Positions 1-8,730 of a stretch of 64,000 bases of DNA are shown one piece after another. Position 1 is the stretch's first letter. Every line of letters starts with the position of its first letter. The notes below the pieces were generated by a model that was not told the origin of the DNA, did not search any database, and worked only from the letters and a program-made list of their open reading frames with translations. Origin of the DNA: Thermoplasmata archaeon. Lineage in GTDB: Archaea; Thermoplasmatota; Thermoplasmata; Lutacidiplasmatales; UBA184. The stretch is from positions 1,102 to 65,101 of the forward strand of contig JAKACD010000004.1 in NCBI GenBank assembly GCA_021821785.1, in the 5' to 3' direction. Position numbers and translations under genes: made by a program.

Positions 1-903
1 ACCCCGCTCGGGGGGGCGCTCCTCTACCAGAACGTCTTCTGGTTCTTCGCCCACCCCGAGGTCTACATCATGGTCCTGCCGGCGTTCGGGATCGTCTCCA
101 CGATCATCCCGAAGCTCGCCCGCAAGGACATCTTCGGGTACGGGGCGATGGCCGTTTCCCTCGGGGTCTTCGCCGTGCTCTCCTTCGCCGTCTGGGAGCA
201 CCACATGTTCGTCACGGGGATCTCCACGAACATCCGGTTCGTCTTCATGCTCAGCACGATGGCGATCGCGGTCCCCTCCGCCGTCAAGACGTTCAACTGG
301 ATCGCGACCCTGTGGGGCGGGCGGATCTGGATGGCCCTCCCGATGTGGTTCTGCGTCGCGTTCATCACCGGCTTCGTCATCGGGGGCCTCTCGGGGCTGA
401 TGCTCGCCTCGATCCCGGTCGACTACCTCTACCACGGGACGTACTTCGTCGTGGCGCACTTCCACTACATCATTCTGGGCGGGACGCTGATGGCGATCTT
501 CGCCGGGATCTACTTCTATTTCCCGATCCTGACCCGGCGCTGGTACAACCAGCGTCTCGGCCAGATGCACTTCCTCCTCACGTACGTGGGGGTGAACCTC
601 CTCCTCTTCCCGATGTTCATCCTGGGCGCGGAGGGGATGCCCCGGCGCGTCTACACCTACCTCTGGACCGGGAACTTCCAGGCGCTCAACTTCCTCTCGA
701 CGCTCGGGGCGTACATCCTCGGGATCGGGCAGCTCGTCTTCGCGTTCAACATGGTCTATAGCTACTTCGCGGGCGAACCGGTCGCCACGGCCGACCCGTG
801 GGGCGAAGAGCTCGCGGTGCGCATGACCGGCCCGGTCGCCCGGCCGCTCCCCCAGCGGCTCCCGACGCCCGTCCCGACCGCCGCCCCGACCGAGAGCCCC
901 TAG
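1..903 (+). CDS. coxA: heme-copper oxidase subunit I, C-terminal part (5' end outside window)
   Basis: Frame 1 is open from base 1 ([24 protein letters not shown]...). It carries the HHMFVTG and [10 protein letters not shown] motifs and many TM helices typical of subunit I. Confidence 0.9.
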   Translation, partial: TPLGGALLYQNVFWFFAHPEVYIMVLPAFGIVSTIIPKLARKDIFGYGAMAVSLGVFAVLSFAVWEHHMFVTGISTNIRFVFMLSTMAIAVPSAVKTFNWIATLWGGRIWMALPMWFCVAFITGFVIGGLSGLMLASIPVDYLYHGTYFVVAHFHYIILGGTLMAIFAGIYFYFPILTRRWYNQRLGQMHFLLTYVGVNLLLFPMFILGAEGMPRRVYTYLWTGNFQALNFLSTLGAYILGIGQLVFAFNMVYSYFAGEPVATADPWGEELAVRMTGPVARPLPQRLPTPVPTAAPTESP

Positions 904-912
904 GAGGTACGG

Positions 913-1488
913 GTGAAAGGGCACGACCTCTTCCGCCTCGCGGCGATCGTCGCCTGCGTCCTCTGTTATACAACGATCCTGCTCGGCGGCAACGTGATGG
1001 CGAGCGACAACGGCCTGGCCTGCCCTCACTGGCCGTCCTGTTACGGGAACGGGAACTTCCTGCCGGCCTTCCAGGGGGGCGTCGCGCTCGAGTGGGGCCA
1101 CCGGCTGTCGGCGTTCTTCCTCTCCCTGTCGATCCTGATCCTCGCCCTGCTCGGCGTCGCCTACGAGCGAGCGCGCCGGGCCCTGATGCGGATGGCCCTC
1201 GGAGCGCTGGCCCTGGTCGTGACCGAGGCGCTCCTCGGCGGCCTCGTCGTGGAGAGCCAGCTCCAGACCCCCTTCGTGCTCGTCCATCTCGGGATCGCCA
1301 CGGCGCTCTTCGGCCTCCTCCTGGTGCTCTCCCTGCTCGCGAACCTGCGCGAGATGCCCCGACGCTGGATCGAATGGGCCCGACGGGCCGCGGACGAGCC
1401 CGCGGACGGGGCGCCCGCGGCTGGCCGGCCCGCGGCGGAGCGGCGGGTCGCCCCCGATCCCCCGGCCGCCTGGCCCGGGCGAGGCTAG
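913..1488 (+). CDS. ctaA: heme A synthase, short four-helix archaeal type
   Basis: GTG start. It has a CPHWPSC cysteine motif in the first loop and the histidine-containing segment EWGHR. The hydrophobic core is about 150 aa, followed by a disordered tail. It sits between oxidase subunit I and ctaB. Confidence 0.75.
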   Translation: MKGHDLFRLAAIVACVLCYTTILLGGNVMASDNGLACPHWPSCYGNGNFLPAFQGGVALEWGHRLSAFFLSLSILILALLGVAYERARRALMRMALGALALVVTEALLGGLVVESQLQTPFVLVHLGIATALFGLLLVLSLLANLREMPRRWIEWARRAADEPADGAPAAGRPAAERRVAPDPPAAWPGRG

Positions 1489-1526
1489 GCTAAACCTCCC
1501 TGCGGCTCCCTCGTGCCGAGCGATCG

Positions 1527-2471
1527 ATGTCCGGTGCCATCGCCCCCCATCCCTCCCCACCGCCTCCGCCCCCCGGACGCCCCGGGCTCGCAAGCGATCT
1601 CTTCGAGATGGCGAAGCCCGGGATCACGGCGCTGATCTGCCTCGTCGCGGTCGGCGGGTTCTTCCTCGCCGATCCGAGCTCGATCGACTGGATCGCCCTC
1701 GCCCTCCTCGTCGTCACCGGTGCGGCGGCGTCCGCGGGGGCGGCGATGCTGAACCACTACCTCGACCGCGACCTCGATGCGCGGATGCGGCGGACCCGCG
1801 GGCGTCCCCTGCCCGACGAGCGGATCGCCCCGAGCGCGGTCGCGGCCGGGCTCGGGCTCGTGCTGCTCGGCGGCGGGATCGCCGCGGCCAGCATTTTCTT
1901 GAACCTGCTTACCGGGTTCTCGATCCTGCTCGGGGGACTCACCTACGTCGTCGTGTACACGCTCTGGCTGAAGCGGCGCTCGAGCTGGAACATCGTGATC
2001 GGGGGCTTTGCGGGGAGCGCGCCCGCCCTGGCCGGGAGCGCGGCGGCCCTCGGGCACTGGACCCTGGGTGCGCTCGCCTTCGCGCTCCTGGTCTTCCTCT
2101 GGACCCCGCCGCACTTCTGGAGCCTCGCGTTGGTGCTGAAGGACGACTACGCCCGGGCCGGGCTCCCGATGCTCCCCCGGATGGACGACCCGGCGTACTC
2201 GGGCAAGGTCGTGGTCGTCTCGGCCGCGCTGCTCGTGCCCGCGGCGCTGCTGATCGGCTGGACCGGGTCGGTCGCCTGGCCGGTCCTGCTCGCGCTCGTC
2301 GCCCTCGGGGTCGGCTTCGTCGTCGTGACGCTGCCGCTGTGGCGGACGTTCAGCCCCCGGATCGCCCGCCGCGGGTTCATCTACTCGGGCCCGTACCTCC
2401 TGTTCGTCGTGCTGGCCATCCTGGCCAACGCTCCGCTCCTGCGGTTCGGCCTCGTCGGTCCCGGCCTCTGA
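1527..2471 (+). CDS. ctaB: protoheme IX farnesyltransferase (heme O synthase), UbiA family
   Basis: It has the NHYLDRDLDARMRRTRGRPLP prenyltransferase motif and about 8-9 TM helices, and lies next to ctaA/coxI. Confidence 0.9.
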   Translation: MSGAIAPHPSPPPPPPGRPGLASDLFEMAKPGITALICLVAVGGFFLADPSSIDWIALALLVVTGAAASAGAAMLNHYLDRDLDARMRRTRGRPLPDERIAPSAVAAGLGLVLLGGGIAAASIFLNLLTGFSILLGGLTYVVVYTLWLKRRSSWNIVIGGFAGSAPALAGSAAALGHWTLGALAFALLVFLWTPPHFWSLALVLKDDYARAGLPMLPRMDDPAYSGKVVVVSAALLVPAALLIGWTGSVAWPVLLALVALGVGFVVVTLPLWRTFSPRIARRGFIYSGPYLLFVVLAILANAPLLRFGLVGPGL

Positions 2472-2551
2472 CCGCCCCCGCGACGGGCCCCCGGGACAGG
2501 CCCCCGCCCGTTCGTCGAGCTTATCTCGGTCGGCCGACTCTCACTACTTCG

Positions 2552-3265
2552 ATGCCGGGTTCCGACCGGGTCGGAGACCCCTCCGACCTCCAGCGCGCCG
2601 CCGAATCGATCCTGAAGAAGCTCGGGTACTCCCGGGTGCCGCCCCGCCACCGCTCCCCGCCGGCCGAGCCGGCGTTCTGGGTCCAGGAGGCCGGGGTGCC
2701 GCGCCGGACGTTCCCGGTCTATGTCCCCGCGAGCGAGCGGGGCGACGCGATCGAGCGCGTCGAGCGGTGGGTCGAAGGGCTCCCCCGAGCGCACTCGGAC
2801 AGCGCCCGGGCGATCTTCGTCGTACCGACCGACCAGGCCGCCGATGCCGCCTGGGCCCGACTGGCCCGCGCGAGCGGCACGACGATCGACCACGAGGTGT
2901 CGATCCTGGTGGTCCCGCCGGCGGGACGGCCGGCCGAGACGGCGCACTTCCACCTGCGCCAGGCCCAGCCCCGGGAGATCCTGCGGTTCGCCACGGGCAT
3001 CGTGGTCGGTCTCTTCCGACGCGCCCAAGCCGCCGAGGGCTCGAGCCAGATCGACTTCGAGGAGCTCCTGCAGCTTCTGCGGGGCCGCTTTGGGATCGAC
3101 GTCCAGCGCTCGCTCGGGGTCAACTCCGATGAGGACGCGCTGTTCCTGCTCTACCAGCTCGCCGTGCGCGATGCCTACGCGCCCGGGGACCCGGGGGCGA
3201 ACCTGCACGTGCTCGTGCTCAAACCGACCGGCCCGGCCGCCCGACTTCCCTGGTTCGCGGCGTAA
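2552..3265 (+). CDS. hypothetical protein (no family recognised)
   Basis: Internal ATG of the 2339..3265 ORF, which avoids overlap with ctaB. GC3 bias is strong, and an AT island at 2520-2526 lies about 29 nt upstream. Confidence 0.55.
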   Translation: MPGSDRVGDPSDLQRAAESILKKLGYSRVPPRHRSPPAEPAFWVQEAGVPRRTFPVYVPASERGDAIERVERWVEGLPRAHSDSARAIFVVPTDQAADAAWARLARASGTTIDHEVSILVVPPAGRPAETAHFHLRQAQPREILRFATGIVVGLFRRAQAAEGSSQIDFEELLQLLRGRFGIDVQRSLGVNSDEDALFLLYQLAVRDAYAPGDPGANLHVLVLKPTGPAARLPWFAA

Positions 3266-3357
3266 CGATCCCCGGGCCCGCCCCGAGCTCCGCCCTTCTC
3301 GGCCGCTCCGCGGCACGAACCGAGCCGTTAAGAACCGGACCCCGGTGCTCGGGAGCG

Positions 3358-3546
3358 ATGCCGACGGAGGGCGAGGCGTACCGCTACCCGTTCACCCCGT
3401 ATCCGGGAAGTTCCACCCCGTCGTCCGGGATGCCCCCGACCGAGGGCAAGCGCGACCTCTGGACGTTCTTCTGGCTGTCGATCGCCAACACCGTGATCAT
3501 CGCGGTCGCGGGGATCGTGACCTGGTGGTTCGTGAACCACCCGTAA
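3358..3546 (+). CDS. small single-TM membrane protein (62 aa), hypothetical
   Basis: GC3-biased codons and one clear TM helix (LWTFFWLSIANTVIIAVAGIVTWWF). A TATA-like GTTAAGAA at 3327-3334 lies about 27 nt upstream of the ATG. Confidence 0.5.
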   Translation: MPTEGEAYRYPFTPYPGSSTPSSGMPPTEGKRDLWTFFWLSIANTVIIAVAGIVTWWFVNHP

Positions 3547-3566
3547 CAGGTCGGACCGGCGCCGGG

Positions 3567-3579
3567 AAATCATTATTTA
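3567..3579 (+). promoter_or_regulatory. TATA-like AT island upstream of tRNA-Pro
   Basis: AAATCATTATTTA is an isolated AT-rich box in GC-rich sequence, about 35-40 nt upstream of tRNA position 1. Confidence 0.4.
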
Positions 3580-3612
3580 CGCGTCCCGGGTCGGCGGCCC
3601 TCGGCGCGGCAT

Positions 3613-3687
3613 GGGGCCGTGGGGTAGCTTGGACCATCCTTCTTGCTTGGGGTGCAAGAGACTCCGATTCAAATTCGGACGGCCCCA
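3613..3687 (+). tRNA. tRNA-Pro (anticodon GGG), no intron, CCA not encoded
   Basis: Manual cloverleaf: acceptor GGGGCCG/CGGCCCC, with T8, A14, G18G19 and A21 present. Anticodon stem CTTGC/GCAAG with loop TTGGGGT. T arm TCCGA-TTCAAAT-TCGGA. Discriminator A. Confidence 0.85.
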
Positions 3688-3768
3688 TTCCCCCGCCCGG
3701 GGCTCGTGGCCGGGCGTTCCGAGCGGCGGCCGATGGCCGTCATGTAGGTCCCTCGATTAGCCGGTGCG

Positions 3769-4419
3769 ATGGGTCGACGATTCCTGGCCGAGCGGCGGCA
3801 GGACCCGTACTACCGGGCCGCCCAGCGTGAGGGGCTCCGCTCCCGCGCGGCGTTCAAGCTCGCGTACCTCGACGACCGGTTCCACCTGTTCCCTCCGGGG
3901 GCCCGCGTCCTGGACCTCGGTGCGGCGCCGGGCGGTTGGTCGCTGATCGCGCACGAACGAGTCGGTCCCCGCGGCCGCGTGGTCGCGGTGGATCTTCGTC
4001 CGATGGAGCCGATGGAAGGGGTCCGGGTCGTGCGGGGCCGGGTCGGGGATCCCGAGCTCCCCGCCCGGATCGGAGAGACCCGGTTCGACGTCGTGCTCTC
4101 CGACATGTCCCCCCGGATCAGCGGCGCGTATGCGACCGACCACGCTCGCTCGGTCGACCTCGTGCGCGCGGCGTTCGGCCTCGCGACCCGGGTGCTCGCC
4201 CGGGACGGCACGTTCGTCGCGAAGGTCTTTGACGGCGACCTCCTCCCCGACGTGGTCGCCGAGGTCGGAGCCCGCTTCCGTACGGTGCGTCGGACCAAGC
4301 CGCCGGCGTCGCGCGAGCCGTCCTCGGAGCTGTACCTCATCGCGAAGGGCTTTCGACCGTCCGCCGACCCGGGAACGGGACGCTCGCCAACCGGGGGGCG
4401 GTCGGGGGCCGATATATAG
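3769..4419 (+). CDS. rlmE: 23S rRNA (uridine-2'-O)-methyltransferase RlmE/FtsJ
   Basis: YYRAAQREGLRSRAAFKL..VLDLGAAPGGWS SAM-binding motif, plus DVVLSDMSP and ELYLIAKGF, typical of FtsJ/RrmJ. Confidence 0.9.
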   Translation: MGRRFLAERRQDPYYRAAQREGLRSRAAFKLAYLDDRFHLFPPGARVLDLGAAPGGWSLIAHERVGPRGRVVAVDLRPMEPMEGVRVVRGRVGDPELPARIGETRFDVVLSDMSPRISGAYATDHARSVDLVRAAFGLATRVLARDGTFVAKVFDGDLLPDVVAEVGARFRTVRRTKPPASREPSSELYLIAKGFRPSADPGTGRSPTGGRSGADI

Positions 4420-4463
4420 GTTCAGAGTTTACCCTCGCTCCCCGTTTTGAGGCTTGGTTACTC

Positions 4464-5633
4464 GTGATCCGTTTCGGACCCGCGGGGATCCCTCTCTCCT
4501 GCAAAGGCCGCACGCTCCGGGATGGGATCGCCGACATCCACCACTTAGGCCTCACTGCGATGGAGGTCCAGTTCATCAAGGTCAATCCGCTGACCCGCCT
4601 CGCGCTCGATGAGGAGGTCGGGAAGCTCCCGCGCGAGCTCCCCCAGCAGCTCGTCGTCAGCGTGGGGCCGGCCGATCACCAGGGCGGGACCCCCAGTCTC
4701 GAGGCGCTCACGGTGCCGATCCGGCGTCGCGATTCGATCTCGACCCTCACCTGGAGCCTCGCGAAGGAGCACGCCGACCTGCAGCAGACGAAGGCGCTCG
4801 CTCGCGCGCTCGACACGGACCTTACCCTCCATGCCCCGTACTACGTGGACTTCTTCGGCTCGGCGGACGCGCGGGAGCAGTCGACCCGCCAGATCCAGTG
4901 GGCCGGGGTCCTCGCGGAAGGTCTCGGTGCGCGCTTGACCGTGACGCACCTCGGCTTCTACGGACCGGGGGACCGGGCCGATTCGATCCAGGAGCTCACC
5001 GAGATCGTCACCGACCTCTCGAGCTGGCTCTCGAAGTTCTCGAAGGGGACCGTCCGTCTCGCGATCGAGCCGAGCGGTCACCCCGACGTCTTCGGTTCGC
5101 GCGAGGAGGTCCTCGAGCTCGCCCGCCGGGTGAAGGGGATCGTGCCGGTCCTGAACCTTCCGCACCTCGCGGCCCGGGAACGCCTGACGTTCGATACCGC
5201 GGACGCGCTCGCCCCGATCGTGCGGGACTTCGTGCACGCGACCGCGGGGCGCCTCTACCTCAACTTCTCGGGGGTGGAGTTCTACGGCCCGGGGGAGTTC
5301 CGCCTCACCCCGATCAAGCGCGGCCAGGTTCGCTTCGACCCGCTCGCCGAGCTCCTTTCGGAGCGGGACTACGACGTGACCGTGATCTCGAGCTCCCCGC
5401 TCCTCGAGCACGACGCGATGTACATGAAGCTCCTCTACGAGCGGGCCCTCACGCGACGCTGGACGAAACAGCACGCGCCGCCGCCGGCCCGCCCCGCGCC
5501 GCGCCCCGCCCCGAAGGCGGCGGCCGCCGCCCCCCCGAAGGGAAAGCGACCCCCGGCGAAACCACCCCGTCGTGCCCCTCCGAAGCACCCGGCGAAGGAG
5601 GGCCGGTCCCATGGCCGAACCCGACGTCGCTGA
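4464..5633 (+). CDS. xylose-isomerase-like TIM-barrel protein (AP endonuclease family 2 / endonuclease IV-like) with basic Pro-rich C-terminal tail
   Basis: GTG start. The opening MIRFGPAGIP...GLTAMEVQF and later LHAPYY, THLGFYG and LAIEPSG blocks resemble the Nfo/sugar-phosphate isomerase fold. The last ~60 aa are a P/K/R/A-rich low-complexity tail. Confidence 0.65.
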   Translation: MIRFGPAGIPLSCKGRTLRDGIADIHHLGLTAMEVQFIKVNPLTRLALDEEVGKLPRELPQQLVVSVGPADHQGGTPSLEALTVPIRRRDSISTLTWSLAKEHADLQQTKALARALDTDLTLHAPYYVDFFGSADAREQSTRQIQWAGVLAEGLGARLTVTHLGFYGPGDRADSIQELTEIVTDLSSWLSKFSKGTVRLAIEPSGHPDVFGSREEVLELARRVKGIVPVLNLPHLAARERLTFDTADALAPIVRDFVHATAGRLYLNFSGVEFYGPGEFRLTPIKRGQVRFDPLAELLSERDYDVTVISSSPLLEHDAMYMKLLYERALTRRWTKQHAPPPARPAPRPAPKAAAAAPPKGKRPPAKPPRRAPPKHPAKEGRSHGRTRRR

Positions 5634-6183
5634 CGGCGCGATGTTCGTCCGCGCGGAGCGGTACATCGGCGAGCGGGTCACCGCCGCCCTCGAGCGGATC
5701 GACCCACACGCGATCCGTCGGGCGATCGACCTCCTGCTCGGCGCTCAGCAGATCTTCGTCTACGGCGCCGGCCGCAGCGGGATCATCGGGCGGGCGTTCG
5801 CGATGCGCCTGGTCCAGGCCGGCCTTCGCGCCTACGTCATCGGGGAGAGCGTGACCCCGATCGTGTCCCGGAAGGACGCCGTCTTCATCCTCTCGGGCCA
5901 GGGCGAGAGCTTCTCCTCGATCCAGACCGCGAACATCGTCCGTCGGGAGGGCGCCGAGCTGATCGTGCTCACCTCGCGCGCCGGTTCGAAGCTCGCCCAT
6001 GCCGCGTCGCTGCTCCTCGCGGTCGAGTTCGAGGAGGACGCGGTCCGTCCCCGGTTCGCGCCCCTCGGGACCCTCTTCGAATCGGCGAGCCTGCGCCTCA
6101 CCGACGGCCTGATCGCCGAGCTCATCCGGGTGCGGGGCGAGGACGAGGCGTCGATGCGTCGCCGTCACGCCATCATGGTCTAG
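5611..6183 (+). CDS. hxlB: SIS-domain protein, 6-phospho-3-hexuloisomerase-like
   Basis: IFVYGAGRSGIIGRAFAMRL...ILSGQGES...APLGTLFE pattern typical of PHI. The ATG at 5611 was chosen inside the 5572 ORF. Confidence 0.75.
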   Translation: MAEPDVADGAMFVRAERYIGERVTAALERIDPHAIRRAIDLLLGAQQIFVYGAGRSGIIGRAFAMRLVQAGLRAYVIGESVTPIVSRKDAVFILSGQGESFSSIQTANIVRREGAELIVLTSRAGSKLAHAASLLLAVEFEEDAVRPRFAPLGTLFESASLRLTDGLIAELIRVRGEDEASMRRRHAIMV

Positions 6184-6233
6184 CGCCGGCCCCGCGGCCC
6201 AAACTTTAAGCGCGCGGGGTCGTCTCGCGCGGC

Positions 6234-6734
6234 GTGGCGCGGACGGATTCTAAGGCGGCCCAGACCCTCGTGCCGGTCCCGACCCGGTTCTTCGTGACGA
6301 GCGGGAAGGGGATCAACAAGGTGAGCGAGCTCAACGCCTTCGATCTCGCGCTCATGCAGGCGGGGATCGGCGAACAGAACCTCGTCAGCGTCTCCTCGGT
6401 CCTCCCGATCGGGATCCGGCAGGTCGACCGCGAACGGATCGCCCGCGGGGCGATCACCCACTGCGTCCTCTCTCGTCACGGCGGGGGCGAGGGGGAAGTG
6501 ATCAGCGCCGGGATCGCCTACGGCTTCCGGGTCGACGGCCAGGGCGGGTACGTCGCCGAGGGCCATCTCCACGGCACTCAGAAGTCGCTCAAGGAGTTCC
6601 TCAAGTGGCGGATGGAGGAGATCGCGCACTTCCGGGGCGTCGAGCTCCGCCGGATCCACTACCGCACCGAGGAGCTCTCGATCCCGATGGACCACTACGG
6701 GGTCTGCATCGCCGCGTGCGTCTTCCTTCCCTGA
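6234..6734 (+). CDS. pdaD: pyruvoyl-dependent arginine decarboxylase
   Basis: FFVTSGKG...NLVSVSSVLP self-cleavage serine motif and about 165 aa length. GTG start, with an AT island at 6201-6210 about 29 nt upstream. Confidence 0.88.
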   Translation: MARTDSKAAQTLVPVPTRFFVTSGKGINKVSELNAFDLALMQAGIGEQNLVSVSSVLPIGIRQVDRERIARGAITHCVLSRHGGGEGEVISAGIAYGFRVDGQGGYVAEGHLHGTQKSLKEFLKWRMEEIAHFRGVELRRIHYRTEELSIPMDHYGVCIAACVFLP

Positions 6735-6770
6735 GCGGGGGTCGCCACCGGACGGGCCCGGTCGGCTCCG

Positions 6771-7106
6771 CTACAGGAGCTTGCGGAAGAGGAGCTTGTC
6801 GTCGAGGCTCCCGTCGATCGTGAGCTTGCGCAGGACGAGCGCCTTCATCGGACCGATCTCTTTACGGACGAGACCGTCGAAGGTCGCCGTATCGGTCGTG
6901 ATCCGCACGTTCGGATGACCCGCGGCGCCCGAGCGCAGGTTCGCGAGGCGTCCGGCGTGCAGGTCGACCGAGTAGCGGCCGCCGTCGGTGAGATGGATCT
7001 CGATCGTGCGCTCGACCCCCTTGAGCTCGTCGGCCATCGCCGGGTTCTTCTCCGCGTGCCGGTTGAACCGGTCGACCAGGGAGGCGAGCGTCTCCTCAAC
7101 GGTCAT
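6771..7106 (-). CDS. SCP2 sterol-carrier-like domain protein
   Basis: 111 aa with the ...ATFDGLVRKEIGPMKALVLRKLTIDGSLDDKLLFRKLL C-terminus typical of SCP2. An ATGA overlap links it to the upstream rnhB. Confidence 0.8.
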   Translation of the reverse strand: MTVEETLASLVDRFNRHAEKNPAMADELKGVERTIEIHLTDGGRYSVDLHAGRLANLRSGAAGHPNVRITTDTATFDGLVRKEIGPMKALVLRKLTIDGSLDDKLLFRKLL

Positions 7107-7762
7107 CGTTCGAACGCCTCGAGCGGAGGAGCCCGGACGGCGCGCTTAACCCTTTTCGTCGTGGCCCACGACCGACGGACATAGTCGGGGAACGGCGCGC
7201 CGGTCGCAGCGTGGGCCCGAAGATGCGCCACCGTCGTCGGGTCGGATGGGTATCCGCTCCCGACGGGGGTTCCGATCCGGGCCTGGAGCCGCGCGATCGC
7301 CCGGTCCCTCGAGACCTTCGCCACGATCGACGCGGCGCCGACGAGGACATCGTCCCGGTCGGCATGATGGCGCGCGACGACCGGGACAGTCCCGCCCGCA
7401 AACCCCTCGACCGCGCGGCCGAACCGGTCGGCGTTCGCGTCGCAGGCGTCGACGAGCGCCCGATCGGGCCGGGCGCGCCGGACGAGGCGCGCGAACGCCC
7501 GGGCCTCCAGCTCGTTGAGCCCGCCGCGCGCGACGTACCGGTCGATCTCCTTCGGGGTGAGCAGCACGGTCCATCGCCGACCTACGGTCCCGAGACGGGC
7601 GTACACCGCGTCGCGGCGGGCCGGCGAGAGCGCTTTGGAGTCCCTCGCACCGGTGGCCCGCAGCGCGTCGAGCTGGTCCGCGCGGACGAGGAACCCTCCC
7701 ACGACGAGCGGACCGATCACGCTCCCCCGACCGGCCTCATCGATCCCGAGCAGCGTCTCCAC
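7103..7762 (-). CDS. rnhB: ribonuclease HII
   Basis: The GIDEAGRGSVIGPLVV catalytic DEDD-type N-terminus, DSK and ASIVAK motifs. Confidence 0.92.
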   Translation of the reverse strand: METLLGIDEAGRGSVIGPLVVGGFLVRADQLDALRATGARDSKALSPARRDAVYARLGTVGRRWTVLLTPKEIDRYVARGGLNELEARAFARLVRRARPDRALVDACDANADRFGRAVEGFAGGTVPVVARHHADRDDVLVGAASIVAKVSRDRAIARLQARIGTPVGSGYPSDPTTVAHLRAHAATGAPFPDYVRRSWATTKRVKRAVRAPPLEAFER

Positions 7763-7827
7763 GGCCGGAATTGTCCCGGCCCGGGGACGCGCGTCAACGC
7801 ATTAAGCCGACGTGCCGCTCGCGGACC

Positions 7828-8727
7828 ATGAGCCTTGACGGATTGGTCGTTCCCATCCCCACGCTTTTCGCGGACGACGGCAGCCTCGACCCGGCCCGGA
7901 ATACCAAGTTCGCCCGCGCCCTCTCGGACGCGAAGGTCGACCACCTCTTCGTCCTCGGGTCCCTCGGAGAGTTCCCCTCGCTCACGGACGCCGAGCGGAC
8001 GACGCTCGGCGAGCTCGTGATCGAGAGCGCGACGGGGACCACCGACGTCTGGGTCGGCTGCGGCGCGCCGTCGACCCGTCGGGCGGTGCGGTACGCCGAA
8101 GAGGCGGAAGCGGCCGGGGCCGCGGCGATCGTCGCGGTCCCGCCCTATTACCTGCATCCCCCGCTGCCCGCGGTCGATCGATACTATCGGGAGATCCGCC
8201 GGGCGATCGGGATCCCGCTCCTCGCGTACAACATCCCCTCGCTCGTCGGGTACGCCCTTCCCCCCGCCCTCGTCCACGCCCTGGCCCGGGACGGGGTCCT
8301 CGCCGGCATCAAGGACACCGCGGGCTCGCTCGCGAGCGTCACGGCCTTCCTAACGGACCGTCCGGCGGGCCTCGCGGTCTTCCCGGGGGACGACGATCTC
8401 GCGAGCGGGGCGATCGCCCGGGGAGCGGCCGGGGCGGTGATGGGGATCGCGAACGTGGTGCCGCGTCTCTGCACGGAGCTCGTCGCCCGGGCCCGTGCCG
8501 GGGAGGCCGCGCGGGCGGCCGAACTCCAGGCGCTCGTCGATGAGCTGGTCCAGGTGAGCCGCACGGGACCGTTCCCCTCGACCGACAAGTTCCTCGCCGC
8601 ACGCCTGTGGGGCGCCGCGGTCGGTTACCGGTCCCCCTACGACCCCCTTACTCCCGAGGAGGAGGCGCGGGTCGTGGCCCGCCTGGCGCCCCTCGAGGAA
8701 CGGCTCCGCCCGTTCCTTCGGAGGTGA
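7828..8727 (+). CDS. DapA-family class I aldolase (KDG/KDPG aldolase-like or dihydrodipicolinate synthase)
   Basis: LFVLGSLGEF, PPYY and the Schiff-base lysine block GIKDTAG. The ATG at 7828 was chosen because a TATA-like CATTAAG at 7800-7806 lies 25 nt upstream. Confidence 0.8.
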   Translation: MSLDGLVVPIPTLFADDGSLDPARNTKFARALSDAKVDHLFVLGSLGEFPSLTDAERTTLGELVIESATGTTDVWVGCGAPSTRRAVRYAEEAEAAGAAAIVAVPPYYLHPPLPAVDRYYREIRRAIGIPLLAYNIPSLVGYALPPALVHALARDGVLAGIKDTAGSLASVTAFLTDRPAGLAVFPGDDDLASGAIARGAAGAVMGIANVVPRLCTELVARARAGEAARAAELQALVDELVQVSRTGPFPSTDKFLAARLWGAAVGYRSPYDPLTPEEEARVVARLAPLEERLRPFLRR

Positions 8728-8730
8728 ATC

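Noticed and set aside
3547-3768. tRNA-Pro as a possible integration site for a mobile element.
   Set aside because: There is no integrase, no direct repeat of the tRNA 3' end elsewhere in the window, and the flanking genes are housekeeping (rlmE, heme cluster).
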